Below are positions 49,567 to 61,913 of a stretch of DNA of 64,000 bases, piece by piece; within the stretch, counting starts at the first letter, position 1, and each line of letters opens with the position of its first letter. The DNA comes from an uncultured Acidobacteriota bacterium. Lineage in GTDB: Bacteria; Actinomycetota; Acidimicrobiia; Spongiisociales; ZC4RG35. The translations under genes were made by a program, and so were the position numbers. The notes beneath the pieces were generated by a model that was not told the DNA's origin, did not search any database, and saw nothing but the letters and a program-made list of their open reading frames with translations. The stretch lies in NCBI GenBank assembly GCA_963828465.1, contig CAWHEU010000020.1:96001-160000 (forward strand), written 5' to 3'.

Positions 49567-49902
49567 GTGATCAAGACGATCGATTTCGCGTCGGCGGCGA
49601 AGATCGGCTTGCTCTTGACCGTTCCATTCCTGGTGATGGAACTGGTCTTCAACGGTGCGAACAGGGTCAGCGTGATCACCCCCGAGTACCACCTCGGCAT
49701 CATCTTCTTGTTTGCGCTTCTCTGGGCGCTGCCGACCGGGTTCCTAGTCACGCTCCGTCCAATCCTCACCGGTCGTGGATCCGGTGCTTCTCCGATCTCG
49801 ACCTTGATCCGGCTGGTGGTCCTGGTCGCGCTCGGAACCTTGTGGGTGGCCTTCATCGCCGATCAGTGGCCGTGCTTCACCGGCGTGCCCAACTGCGACT
49901 AG
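49567..49902 (+). CDS. Hypothetical 3-TM membrane protein
   Basis: Hydrophobic ORF ending DQWPCFTGVPNCD. Confidence 0.65.
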   Translation: MIKTIDFASAAKIGLLLTVPFLVMELVFNGANRVSVITPEYHLGIIFLFALLWALPTGFLVTLRPILTGRGSGASPISTLIRLVVLVALGTLWVAFIADQWPCFTGVPNCD

Positions 49903-49919
49903 AACACTGGACTGAGACG

Positions 49920-51143
49920 GTGGACCGCTCACTCGATGTCGAAGCACTGCGGGCCCGGTTCCCGGCCCTCCAGCGGCGCGAGCACGGTCAGGTCGTGGCC
50001 TATCTCGACGGACCGGGGGGCACTCAGGTCCCGCAGTCTGTGATCGACGCGATGAGCCGAGTCCTCGAACACGGTGTGAGCAACCTCGGCGGTGGTTTCG
50101 GGGCATCGCATGACGCCAACGAGACGACCACGCAAGGAAGGCTGGCTATGGCCGACTTCTTCAACGCCGATCCGAGCGAAATCTCCTTCGGTCAGAACAT
50201 GACCAGCATCACCTTCGCCGTGAGCCGCGCGCTGGCCAGGACCTGGCGCAGTGGCGACGCCATCGTCGTCACCAGTCTCGACCACGACGCCAACTTCACT
50301 CCTTGGGTGCGGGCAGCCGAAGAAGCCGGAGTCGAGGTTCGCATCGCCCATTTCGATCCGGCCACCGGCGAGCTCGACCCGGCGGAGATCGCCAGCCTTC
50401 TCGACGAGCGGGTCCGTCTCGTCGCCACCTGTGTCGCCTCGAACGCGATCGGGACGTTGGTGGATGTCGGGACGATCACCCAGCTAGCCCATGATGCCGG
50501 AGCCCTCGTGTATCTCGATGCGGTCCACGCCGGCCCGCACCAACTGATCGATGTCCGCAGCATCGATTGTGACTTTCTGGTCGCATCCTCGTACAAGTTC
50601 TTCGGGCCCCACACCGGGATCCTCTACGGAAAGCTGGATCGCCTCGCCGACCTCGACTTCTACAAGGTCCGGCCCGCACCGTCCGACCCACCCGACAAGC
50701 TGGAGACCGGGACGCAGAGTTTCGAGTCGATCGCCGGCGTGACGGCTGCAGTCGACCATCTGGCCGGTCTGGGCGACGGCCCGAACCGGAGAGCCAGGCT
50801 CGTCGACGGTTTCTCCCGGATTCGGGCCCACGAGCGCAACCTCGCGGCCAGATTCCTCGACGGCATCGCTGCGCTGGAGAAGGTCACCGTCCATGGGGTG
50901 CCTGAGGCCGACGATCGGAGAGTGTCCACGTTTGCCCTGTCGTTGAGTGGCAAATCGGCGGAGCCTGTCGCCGCCCACATGGCCGATCAGGGCCTTTACG
51001 TGTGGTCCGGCCACTACTACGCCCTCAACGCCATCGAGCGTCTCGGGTTTTCCGACTCGGGCGGCCTGATCCGGGTGGGGTTCGTCCAGTACAACACAGC
51101 GGACGAGGCCGACCGGGCCTTGGAGGCCCTTGCCGGCGTCTGA
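49920..51143 (+). CDS. Cysteine desulfurase-like class V aminotransferase (Rv3778c-like)
   Basis: YLDGPGGTQVP, LDHDAN, SSYKFFGPH, ETGT. Confidence 0.9.
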   Translation: MDRSLDVEALRARFPALQRREHGQVVAYLDGPGGTQVPQSVIDAMSRVLEHGVSNLGGGFGASHDANETTTQGRLAMADFFNADPSEISFGQNMTSITFAVSRALARTWRSGDAIVVTSLDHDANFTPWVRAAEEAGVEVRIAHFDPATGELDPAEIASLLDERVRLVATCVASNAIGTLVDVGTITQLAHDAGALVYLDAVHAGPHQLIDVRSIDCDFLVASSYKFFGPHTGILYGKLDRLADLDFYKVRPAPSDPPDKLETGTQSFESIAGVTAAVDHLAGLGDGPNRRARLVDGFSRIRAHERNLAARFLDGIAALEKVTVHGVPEADDRRVSTFALSLSGKSAEPVAAHMADQGLYVWSGHYYALNAIERLGFSDSGGLIRVGFVQYNTADEADRALEALAGV

Positions 51144-51149
51144 CCGAGA

Positions 51150-51560
51150 TCAGGTTCGAGAGCCGACGCCGAGCTCCGTCATCAACCCTCGAACCCGCCG
51201 CTCGATCTGATCCCTGATCTCGCGTACCTGTTCGACTGACTTGCCGCTCGGGTCGTCCAGTTCCCAATCGAGATACCGCTTGCCGGGAATGAACGGGCAG
51301 GAGTCACCACACCCCATCGTGACTATCACGTCGGCCGATCCGAGCATCTCATCGGTCCAAGCACGCGGAGTGGTATCGGAGATGTCGATCCCTTTCTCGG
51401 CCATAACGGCCACTGCTGCTGGATTGATCGAATCGGCCGGCTCCGATCCGGCGGAGAGGACATCGATCTGCCCCCCGGCGAGAGACCGAAGCAGACCGGC
51501 GGCCATCTGGGACCGGCCGGCGTTGTGCACGCACAGGAAGAGGACGCTGGGCTTGGGCAC
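51150..51560 (-). CDS. arsC: Arsenate reductase (LMW-PTPase family)
   Basis: CVHNAGRSQMA, MGCGDSCP, DWELDDP. Confidence 0.9.
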   Translation of the reverse strand: MPKPSVLFLCVHNAGRSQMAAGLLRSLAGGQIDVLSAGSEPADSINPAAVAVMAEKGIDISDTTPRAWTDEMLGSADVIVTMGCGDSCPFIPGKRYLDWELDDPSGKSVEQVREIRDQIERRVRGLMTELGVGSRT

Positions 51561-51639
51561 ATGCCGAGCCTAAGACGGGCAGATGAACGTGGGGTTGCCG
51601 GATGACGGGCAAGATCGGGTAGGCCCGTACACTGACCTG

Positions 51640-51759
51640 GTGAAGCGACTCTCCCCCATCATCATCCTCGGCGCCATCGCCGCCTTCCTCATCATTCGCC
51701 GGCGCGATGCCGAGGTCGTGATCCCCGACTCAGCCTGGAACCCAGTCGACCCCTCGTGA
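51640..51759 (+). CDS. 39-aa single-TM small protein (not in ORF track)
   Basis: MKRLSPIIILGAIAAFLIIRRRDAEVVIPDSAWNPVDPS*; TACACT -10 box 6 nt upstream; stop overlaps the next start (GTGA). Confidence 0.65.
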   Translation: MKRLSPIIILGAIAAFLIIRRRDAEVVIPDSAWNPVDPS

Positions 51760-52391
51760 AGGTAGGCGTCCTCGCCAGCGGGGACACAGCAGTCCGGGCG
51801 GCCCACTCTCTGAGCGCTCATGACACCGTCGAGGAAGTCGTGGTCGTGGGACCGGCCCGCAGTCGCAGTTTCCGTGTGGTTCCCGATGCCTCCGAGTGCG
51901 ATCTCTTGATCGGGAGTGGGGACGACGCGCCTGTCCGTGCCAAAAATCTGGGGGTTCCGCTGCTCTGGGATGGGGGCAATCCGGCCGAAGGAGTAGTGGT
52001 CTGGGGTGCCTCTCCTGTCGGCCTCGCCCTCGCCCTCGGTGCCCGCGAACCCGATCCGAGGATCATTGCCGTCGCTCATCCTGATCTGGAAGAGGGGTTC
52101 GATCATCAGGTGCGATTCCCCGACCCGGTGGGTTCGGCCAAGGTCGCCGACACGACCTTCGGGGGGAGGCATGTGGCACTGGCCCAATCGCCCGCCCGGT
52201 TCGCCGCGTGTCTGGCCGTGGGGTCCGAGCGACAGGTCACCATCGTCGACGATGGCGCCTTCATGTCCGGAATCGCCCTGGCCGCCGCCATCGACGTCGT
52301 CGCGGACGACGTAGCGCCGGTGTGGGACTCGGCTCTGATCTATCTGCAGACCGTGGCCGTCATGGGCCTGGTCATGGCCGAAGACCGGTAG
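51756..52391 (+). CDS. Hypothetical protein with Rossmann-like N-terminus
   Basis: MKVGVLASGDTAVRAA...VVVVG; GC3-biased ORF. Confidence 0.65.
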   Translation: MKVGVLASGDTAVRAAHSLSAHDTVEEVVVVGPARSRSFRVVPDASECDLLIGSGDDAPVRAKNLGVPLLWDGGNPAEGVVVWGASPVGLALALGAREPDPRIIAVAHPDLEEGFDHQVRFPDPVGSAKVADTTFGGRHVALAQSPARFAACLAVGSERQVTIVDDGAFMSGIALAAAIDVVADDVAPVWDSALIYLQTVAVMGLVMAEDR

Positions 52392-52401
52392 CTTCGGGCC
52401 G

Positions 52402-52761
52402 ATGTTGACGCTCGGCTCGGTGGTGTGGGGGGTGCGTGATGTCGCCGAGGCTGCCCGGTTTTGGTGCGAGGCGCTCCACTATGAGCCGCTGGATGAGCCC
52501 AACGATGATTGGGCGATTCTGGTCCCACGAGAGGGATCGGGTCAGCGGCTATCCATCAGGCTGGTGACGTCGGACCCGTTGCCCCGTCAGCGCCATCATA
52601 TCGACCTCTATGCCACCGACCAGAACGCCGAGGTCGATCGCCTGATGGGTCTAGGAGCTCGAAGCGTCGATTGGACCTACGAGGAGGACGCCGACTACGT
52701 GGTGCTCGCCGACCCGGACGGCAACCAATTCTGTGTCATCGACGCCTCCGAAGAGGGTTGA
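52402..52761 (+). CDS. VOC/glyoxalase-like protein
   Basis: RFWCEAL, RHHIDL, VVLADPDGNQFCV. Confidence 0.9.
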   Translation: MLTLGSVVWGVRDVAEAARFWCEALHYEPLDEPNDDWAILVPREGSGQRLSIRLVTSDPLPRQRHHIDLYATDQNAEVDRLMGLGARSVDWTYEEDADYVVLADPDGNQFCVIDASEEG

Positions 52762-52773
52762 GGCCCTTTGCGC

Positions 52774-53283
52774 TCAGATACGCGGATCGAGTACCCGGGG
52801 GCTCTCTTCGGTCGGGATGTCGGCGTGATCGGGGGGAGGTGTCACCGAGCCGTTGCCCGGGCGGTAGTCGGCCGGCGGATGGAGGATCTGTGACGGGGCG
52901 GGGGCAACCACGGGGTTGAGAGTCTCTTCGAGGACGACGACCTCGAGCCCGCCGACCACATCGGACACCAGGTTGTAGACGATCGCACCGGCCACGGTCG
53001 CTCCCGTCATGGTGACCCACCAAACGACGGAGCCAAAGATCATGACTCTGAAGAACTGCTCGACGTTGGCGAACGGCTGGGCGCCCTCATCGATCAACGT
53101 GATCTCCACCATGAACTCGGTGAGACGCTGTGGCAGACCGGCGCGATCGAGCACCGACCAGAAGATCACTCCGCCCAGGACCATCGCGAGGGCCAGCACG
53201 GCCCAGACCACAGCCGACACTTTCAGCGCGGTCCAGGGGTCGATCTTTCGGATGATGCGTCTTACGCGACGAACAGTTGCCAT
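52774..53283 (-). CDS. DUF3566 membrane protein
   Basis: RKIDPWTALKVS, YNLVSDVVGGLEV; follows gyrA as in other Actinobacteria. Confidence 0.9.
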   Translation of the reverse strand: MATVRRVRRIIRKIDPWTALKVSAVVWAVLALAMVLGGVIFWSVLDRAGLPQRLTEFMVEITLIDEGAQPFANVEQFFRVMIFGSVVWWVTMTGATVAGAIVYNLVSDVVGGLEVVVLEETLNPVVAPAPSQILHPPADYRPGNGSVTPPPDHADIPTEESPRVLDPRI

Positions 53284-53362
53284 AGGGCTCCTGAGGATTA
53301 CCGGGGCAGTCTAAAGGAAGACCGCACTAGTCCCAACGACACGAAACGGTCGATGGTTCCCC

Positions 53363-55797
53363 TCAATCGACCTCTTCGGAGACGATGGCCAGCGCCGACA
53401 GCTCGTTGCCGTCGCCGACGTGGATCACCCGGACCCCGGTCGAATCCCGTTTCTGACGGCTGATCTTCGCCACCGGGGTCCTGATTCCGATCCCCGCCGA
53501 GGAGATGAGGAAGACGTCGTCGTCCTTGGTGACGGCTCGCGCCCCGACCAGATTTCCCCGGACCCGGGTCAGCTTGAAGGCCTTGACTCCGATCCCGCCT
53601 CGGGTCTGACGGCGGAACTCCCCGATCACGGTCCTCTTGCCGTAACCGGCGGACGTGACGAGCAGCACTTCCTCGCCATCGACGTTCGACACTGCGGCAA
53701 CCACCTGATCGCCTTCACGGAGACGGATCCCGCGCACGCCCTGGGTGCCCCGCCCCATGCTGCGAAGGTCGGCCTCCTTGAAGCGGATCCCCATGCCCTC
53801 CTTGGTGAAGATCAGCACGTCGTTCTCACCGTTGGTGGTCCGCACCGTGACCAACTCGTCGCCGTCGACCAGCTTGATGGCGACAAGCGTCTGGTTACGC
53901 GACTCGTATTCCTTGAACTCGGTCTTCTTGGCAACGCCCTGCTTGGTGACCATCACGAGATAACGCCCGGTCTCGTAGTCCCTGGTGTCGATGATCGCCT
54001 GTACCTTCTCTTCGGGCTCGAGGGGCAGTACCGACTGGGCCATGACGCCCTTGGCGATCCGGGACTGCCGCGGGATGGCGTGGGCCTTGAGTCGATGGAC
54101 GAGACCCTTGTTGGTGAAGAACAACAGATAGGCGTGCGCGGTGGTATGGACGAGATGTTGGATGACGTCGGTCTCCTGTACCTCGGCGGCCTTCACCCCA
54201 CGCCCGCCACGGCCCTGGGTCTTGTAGGTCGACGCCGGCACCGACTTGATGTAGCCGGCTGAGGACACCGTCACGATCAGTTCGTCGTCGGCGATGAGGT
54301 CTTCCAGGGAGAGATCGCCCTCGTCGGGAATGACCCGGCTCCGACGGTTCTCCCCGTACTTCTCCTTGATGTCTGCGAGCTCATCCCGGATGATCGCCCA
54401 GCGGCGCTTGGGGTCGGCCAGGATGGCCTCCAGCTCGGCGATAACGCCGTGCAGTTCGGCCAACTCGGTGCGGAGCTTGTCCACCTCGAGGGCTGTGAGC
54501 CGGCGCAGTGGCATGTCGAGAACGGCGTTGGCCTGGATCTCGCTCAGCTCGAACCGATCGATGAGGTTGCCCGGGCGTCGGCGGTGTCGGCCGATCCACG
54601 GATGATCTTGATGACCTCGTCGATGTTGTCGACGGCGATGATGAGGCCCTCGAGGATGTGGGCTCTGGCCTGAGCCTCCTCCAGACGGAAGCGGGTCCTC
54701 CGCTCCACTACCTCCATCTGATGATCGAGGTAGTAGCCGATCATCTCGGCCAGATCGAGGGTTCGGGGAACCCCGTCGACCAGCGACACCATGTTGTATC
54801 CGAACGAATCCTGAAGGGGAGTGTTCTTGAACAGTTGGTTGAGGACGACCTGGGGGACGGCGGTGCTCTTCAGTTCGATGACGAGCCGGGTGCCAACCCG
54901 ATCGGATGACTCGTTGCGAACCTCGGCGATGCCCTCGAGACGCTTGTTGTCGACCAGTTCCTTGATCTTGGCGATGATCCGCTCCATCGACACCTGGTAG
55001 GGCAACTCGGTGGCGATGATGGCGGTGCGGCCCTTGCGGATCTCCTGCACATCGCAGACCGCCCGGATCTTGACCGATCCCCGGCCGGTGGTCAGGGCAT
55101 CCCGGATCCCACCGGTGCCGACGATGAAGCCACCGGTGGGGAAATCAGGTCCTTTGACGAAGCCGAGCAGCTCCTCGGTGGTGGCGTCGGGGTTGTCGAT
55201 GACATGGGTGCAGGCATCGATGATCTCGTTGAGGTTGTGGGGCGGGATGTTGGTGGCCATGCCGACCGCGATCCCCTGAGAGCCGTTGACGAGCAGATTG
55301 GGGAACCGGGCGGGGAGCACCGACGGCTGCTGCATCTCCCCCGAGTAGTTGTCCTCGAAGTCGACCGTGTCCTCCCTGATCCCCTCGAGGAGGTGATTGG
55401 ACAGCTTGGTGAGCCGGCACTCGGTGTACCTGGCGGCGCCGGGCGGGTCGTCGATGCTGCCGAAGTTGCCCTGCGGGTCGATGAGGAGATGACGCATCGA
55501 GAAGTCCTGGCCCATGCGGACCAGGGCGTCGTAGATCGCGGTGTCGCCGTGAGGGTGATAGTTACCCATCACGTCACCGACGACTTTGGAGCACTTGCGA
55601 TGGGCCGAGGCCGCGGTGATGTTGTTCTCGAACATCGAGTAGATGATCCGCCGCTGCACCGGCTTCAGACCGTCGCGGACGTCGGGCAGGGCCCGGGAGA
55701 CGATGACCGACATGGCGTAGTCGACGAAGCTCTGCTCCATCTCGTCGGTGATCTCGATCTGGGGCACGCCCTCCGCTGGTGGGTTCCGTGTCGCCAT
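53363..55797 (-). CDS. gyrA: DNA gyrase subunit A; 1-nt frameshift near 54571
   Basis: RDGLKPVQRR, YHPHGD, ARYTE, GyrA-box QGRGGRG; adding one G to a G-run restores ...ARGNLIDRFELSEIQA... Confidence 0.96.
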
Positions 55798-55800
55798 GTT

Positions 55801-57789
<1,989 letters not shown>

Positions 57790-57849
57790 TCACGGATGTC
57801 ATTTTACCGGAAATACCTGATCAAAACGAATCAATCAAGGGGTCTGGCG

Positions 57850-58155
57850 TCACCGGTTCGGAGGTGCCCGCACCTCGATCCTGTCGATCACCCCTTCACC
57901 CAGAGCCCTCCCTAGGGCAGACACCAGATCGGCGCTTCCATATCTCAGGAACGCGACCATCGAAGGTGACTCCGCCTCCACGACGAGGGTCTTGCCCTGG
58001 ATGAAGAGAGGCTTGGAACGACCCGAAAACGGTGTGCCGGCCAGCTCATCCCAGCCGGAGGCGAGACGGGACAATGCCATTGGATCCGACATCCCCATCT
58101 TGCGGAACATCGCCTCCAATGAGGCGCCGAACGAGGTGAGATCTCCTTCGCTCAT
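57850..58155 (-). CDS. DciA / DUF721 helicase-loading protein
   Basis: WDELAG...SKP...LVVEAESP; located between recF and gyrB. Confidence 0.8.
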   Translation of the reverse strand: MSEGDLTSFGASLEAMFRKMGMSDPMALSRLASGWDELAGTPFSGRSKPLFIQGKTLVVEAESPSMVAFLRYGSADLVSALGRALGEGVIDRIEVRAPPNR

Positions 58156-59246
58156 CGTCGCACCCCGGCGCCCACCCTCCACACCGCGCCTTCGACCGGC
58201 ACATCCTCGGGACGTGCCGAGCTGATCAGGGTCTGGGTGTCCTCCGGCAGCGTCTTGGCGAGAGCCTCGGCCCGCTGCGGGTCGAGCTCGGAGAAGACAT
58301 CGTCGAGGAGCAGGACCGGGGGCTCGTCGATCATCTCTGCCACCGAGCGGTGGGCGGCGAGCTTGATTGCCAGCGCCATCGTCCTCTGCTCGCCCTGGCT
58401 TCCGTGGGTGCGGGTGTCGATCCCATCGAGAGCGAGGACCGGCTCGTCGCGATGAGGCCCGACCGAGGTGAGCCTCCGGTCGTAGTCGATCTTTCGCGAC
58501 GTCTCCAGGGACCTCAGGATCGCTGCAGTGAAGTCGGCGGCGGCGCCGTCCAGGGCATCCCCGGCGCCCCACGTCGCGATGTATCCGATGGAAGCCCGCT
58601 CCGGTTTCCCGGCAATGTCGCCATAGGCCGATTCCAGATGCGGTGACAGGGTCTCGATCACGCGGGCGCGCCTCGACATGACCCGGCCACCCGACTGAGC
58701 GAGACGGGCGTCCCAGACCGAGAGGGTCGTGTCGTCGCGCTCGCCAGACTTCAGGAAGGCGTTTCTCTGGCGAAGGGCCCGGTCGAACTCGCCTTGATCG
58801 TGATGAGCGGCGGGCCAGAGTTGCACGGCGACGGCGTCGAGGAGGTCCCGGCGGTAGGCAGGCCCCCGCTTCACCAGGTCCAGGTCATCGGGGAGAAAGG
58901 CAATCACACGAAGCACACCGAGCAGATCGGCGGTCTTCCGGAGACGGCTCTTGTCCAGCTGGGTACGGCGGGCGCCGGACCTGGGCAGCTCGATCTCGAC
59001 GAGGCGTTCCCGCGAGCCGCTGGAGACCTCGGCCCTGACTACAGCGGCCGTCTCACCGTCGGCAATCAGCGAAGGGTCGGGGACCGATCGGAACGATCGG
59101 AGGGACGAGAGGTAGGCGATCGCCTCGAGGAGGTTGGTCTTCCCGGCCCCGTTGGGACCGAGCAGGAGGTTGACTCCGGGGTCGGGCTGCCACTCGAGCT
59201 CCTGATAGGAACGGAAGTGGGCGAGCGAAACCCAGTCGACCTTCAT
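58152..59246 (-). CDS. recF: DNA replication and repair protein RecF
   Basis: FRSY, GPNGAGKTN, GPHRD, SQGEQR, LLLDDVFSELD. Confidence 0.97.
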   Translation of the reverse strand: MKVDWVSLAHFRSYQELEWQPDPGVNLLLGPNGAGKTNLLEAIAYLSSLRSFRSVPDPSLIADGETAAVVRAEVSSGSRERLVEIELPRSGARRTQLDKSRLRKTADLLGVLRVIAFLPDDLDLVKRGPAYRRDLLDAVAVQLWPAAHHDQGEFDRALRQRNAFLKSGERDDTTLSVWDARLAQSGGRVMSRRARVIETLSPHLESAYGDIAGKPERASIGYIATWGAGDALDGAAADFTAAILRSLETSRKIDYDRRLTSVGPHRDEPVLALDGIDTRTHGSQGEQRTMALAIKLAAHRSVAEMIDEPPVLLLDDVFSELDPQRAEALAKTLPEDTQTLISSARPEDVPVEGAVWRVGAGVRR

Positions 59247-60329
59247 TCAGACCCGGACGGGCATCAGCAGGTAGAGGAAGTCATCCTCGGCGCCGCTGTC
59301 GATCACGCTCGGCTTGAACGCGTCGATGACCCGGATCCGAATCGAATCGCCCGAGATCGCTGTAACTCCATCCTGGAGGTATCTCGGATTGAACGCGATC
59401 GACACCTCTTCCTCGGCACCCTCAAAAACACCAGGGAGGTGCTCGGTCTCACCGCCTACATCCTGGCGGGTGACGGCCACCTCCACCCCACCCTCCAGGA
59501 GCTTGAGACGCACCGGAATGTGATCCTCGGCAACGAGGGTGACCCGGCCAAGAGCCTCGAGCAGGACGTCCTTCTCCAGCACCACCTGACTCGGGTAGCT
59601 CTCGGGCAGCAACGACTGGTACTTGGGGAAGTTCCCGTCGATCAGCCTCAACCGCAGCATCCCCTTGTCCGACGTGAACACCGCCTCGCGGTCACGCAAC
59701 TGAGCGGTCACTTTCGTCGACCCGATGGAACGGGGCAGCTCCCTCAAGCCGCGAGCCGGCACCAGCGCAGACCCCTCCAGTCCCACTCCTTTGAGTTCCT
59801 TTTTGGCCAGCCGGTACGAGTCGGTCGCCACCATGCGAAGACCCTCGTCGGAGCTCTCGAATAGAACTCCCGTCAGGATCGGACGGGCGCCGTCGCCGGA
59901 GGCTGCGATCGTCACCTGGGAGATCGCCTCGGCCAGCTCCTCGCCATCGACCTCGACTCCATCGGCCACCACGTCCTCCTGCACCGGGAAGTCGTCGACG
60001 GTGAGAGGGCGAAGCGTGAAGCGGGGGCCATTCCCCTGGATCTCGATGTCCGTGTCACTCACTCCGATGGTCACCGCACCTGCCGGCATCTTGCGGACCG
60101 CCTCCGAGAGGAGACGGCCCGGGATGACGGCTCGTCCCTCCTCCATCACCTCGACCTCGGCCGCCGTGCGCACGGTCACATCGAGGTCGGTGCCGGTCAC
60201 TCGGAGCGTGGTGCCAGAGACCTCGCACAACAGGCCCTGCAGGACCGGCAAGGCGGTGCGAGCGCCTACCGCCCGGTTGGCTCGGGCGAGGACATCGGCG
60301 AGATCGTCTCGCTGTGCTCGGATTCTCAC
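59247..60329 (-). CDS. dnaN: DNA polymerase III beta clamp
   Basis: GTDLD, RPILTG, ATDSYRL, FNPRYL, YLLMPVR. Confidence 0.97.
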   Translation of the reverse strand: MRIRAQRDDLADVLARANRAVGARTALPVLQGLLCEVSGTTLRVTGTDLDVTVRTAAEVEVMEEGRAVIPGRLLSEAVRKMPAGAVTIGVSDTDIEIQGNGPRFTLRPLTVDDFPVQEDVVADGVEVDGEELAEAISQVTIAASGDGARPILTGVLFESSDEGLRMVATDSYRLAKKELKGVGLEGSALVPARGLRELPRSIGSTKVTAQLRDREAVFTSDKGMLRLRLIDGNFPKYQSLLPESYPSQVVLEKDVLLEALGRVTLVAEDHIPVRLKLLEGGVEVAVTRQDVGGETEHLPGVFEGAEEEVSIAFNPRYLQDGVTAISGDSIRIRVIDAFKPSVIDSGAEDDFLYLLMPVRV

Positions 60330-60519
60330 AGGTGGAGGTCCCTTCTTCTGCTCCTATTGATTTTCATTTGAAGAGTATTAGTCGTAGTAGAGGGTTGTGG
60401 ATTTGGGGATTACCTGCATTCTCGCAGGCTCCGGCGGGTGTTTTGCCTGTGCAGTGGGATGTGGACCTTCTGTGTGATAGTCGCCTGCAGTCGGGGATAA
60501 CTCAGCCACGTGTGGATAT
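60330..60519. other. oriC: oriC: DUE, DnaA-trios and DnaA boxes in the dnaA-dnaN spacer
   Basis: AT-rich 60354-60380; TAG-TCG-TAG-TAG at 60379-60390; boxes tgtggattt, tggggatta, cggggataa, tgtggatat. Confidence 0.85.
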
Positions 60520-61890
60520 GCCCCCGCCTTTCCTCAGGTCCTGTGTGAGTTGTGTGACCCGGTCGAACACGGCCCGATCGGAGCGCAAGATCCTCTTCAC
60601 CTTCTCCACGGAATGCAGGACTGTGGTGTGGTCCCGCTTGAAGTGCTCACCGATCTTGGGCAGCGAGAGATCGGTGAGCTCCCGGCACAAGTACATCGAG
60701 ATCTGACGGCACAGGACGAGGGGTTGGCGCCGGCTCGGGCTGAGCACGTCTTCGACGGTGAAGCCATACGCCGTGGCAGTCGCCCTGATGATCATGTCCG
60801 GCCCAAGGGGGGCCAGATCCTCGTTGGTGACTATGTCCCGGAGTACCCGCTCGGCGGTCTCGAGGTCGATGTCCCGCCGATTGAGGGCCGACCAGGCGGT
60901 GACCCTGGTCAGGGCACCCTCGAGCTCGCGGATGTTGTCGGAGACCAGCCCGGCGATGTGCTCGAGGACCTCGAGGGGCACAGGGCGAGGGGCAAACTCC
61001 GCGTTCCTCCGCAGGATGGCGAGGCGAGTCTCCACGTCCGGGGGCTGGATATCCGTGAGCAGGCCCCATTCGAATCGGCTGCGCAGCCGGTCCTCCAACG
61101 AAGACAGGTTGCGGGGGTGGCGGTCGGAGCTGATGACCATCTGCTTACCGGACTCGTAGAGCGAGTTGAAGGTGTGGAAGAACTCCTCGAGGATCTGCTC
61201 CTTGCCCTCGAAGAACTGAACGTCGTCCAACAAGAGGATGTCGACTCCCCGGTACCTGTGTTTGAAGTCATCGGCCCGCTTGCGGCGGATCGAGTCGATG
61301 AAGTCGTTGAGGAAGTTCTCCGACGAGACATATCGGACCACCAGATTGGGGTACATCTCGAGAGCTTGATGTCCCACTGCGTTGAGCAGGTGGGTCTTGC
61401 CCAAGCCGGCACCGCCATAGATGAACAGCGGGTTGTAGTGAGCACCGGGCTGTTCGGCGACGGCCATGGCTGCTGCCCAGGCGAAACGGTTCGACTGGCC
61501 CACGACGAAGCTCTCGAAGCGATAACGGGAGAACAGATTGGTCGCCGGAACGCCGTCGCCACTCCCGGTCGCCGATCGATGAGTCGGATCGGCGAGACCA
61601 TCGTCGAGGGGCAGACCGGGCTCGACTCCGGGCTCGGGCTCGACGACCTTGAAAACCGGGTGAGAGTGGTTCCCGAAAGCGTCGCGATAAGCGGAATCGA
61701 TCAACTCCCCGTGCTTGTCGCGCACCCAGCGCAGATGGAATTCGCTCGGCGCGACCAGGGTGGGGGTCTCACCCCCGAAGTCGGGCTCGAGACGCGATAA
61801 CCAGGTGTCCCAGTTCCCTTTCGAAACTCCGGCCCTCAACACATCTTGAAATTGGCCCCAGCCGCCCGGCGCCGTCTGCTCTTGTACCAA
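60502..61890 (-). CDS. dnaA: Chromosomal replication initiator
   Basis: YNPLFIYGGAGLGKTHL, DDVQF, RSRFEWGL, RDHTTV; TTG start after a GGAGG RBS. Confidence 0.97.
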   Translation of the reverse strand: MVQEQTAPGGWGQFQDVLRAGVSKGNWDTWLSRLEPDFGGETPTLVAPSEFHLRWVRDKHGELIDSAYRDAFGNHSHPVFKVVEPEPGVEPGLPLDDGLADPTHRSATGSGDGVPATNLFSRYRFESFVVGQSNRFAWAAAMAVAEQPGAHYNPLFIYGGAGLGKTHLLNAVGHQALEMYPNLVVRYVSSENFLNDFIDSIRRKRADDFKHRYRGVDILLLDDVQFFEGKEQILEEFFHTFNSLYESGKQMVISSDRHPRNLSSLEDRLRSRFEWGLLTDIQPPDVETRLAILRRNAEFAPRPVPLEVLEHIAGLVSDNIRELEGALTRVTAWSALNRRDIDLETAERVLRDIVTNEDLAPLGPDMIIRATATAYGFTVEDVLSPSRRQPLVLCRQISMYLCRELTDLSLPKIGEHFKRDHTTVLHSVEKVKRILRSDRAVFDRVTQLTQDLRKGGGISTRG

Positions 61891-61913
61891 GACCACTCCT
61901 CCTGCCGGGAAGG

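Noticed and set aside
54544-54600. Split gyrA as a natural two-gene or programmed-frameshift arrangement
   Set aside because: One missing base in a G/C run restores a normal GyrA and there is no slippery heptamer; typical long-read error
55500-55560. Acquired quinolone-resistance allele in gyrA (HGDTAIYD)
   Set aside because: Thr at the Ser83-equivalent position is a common natural variant
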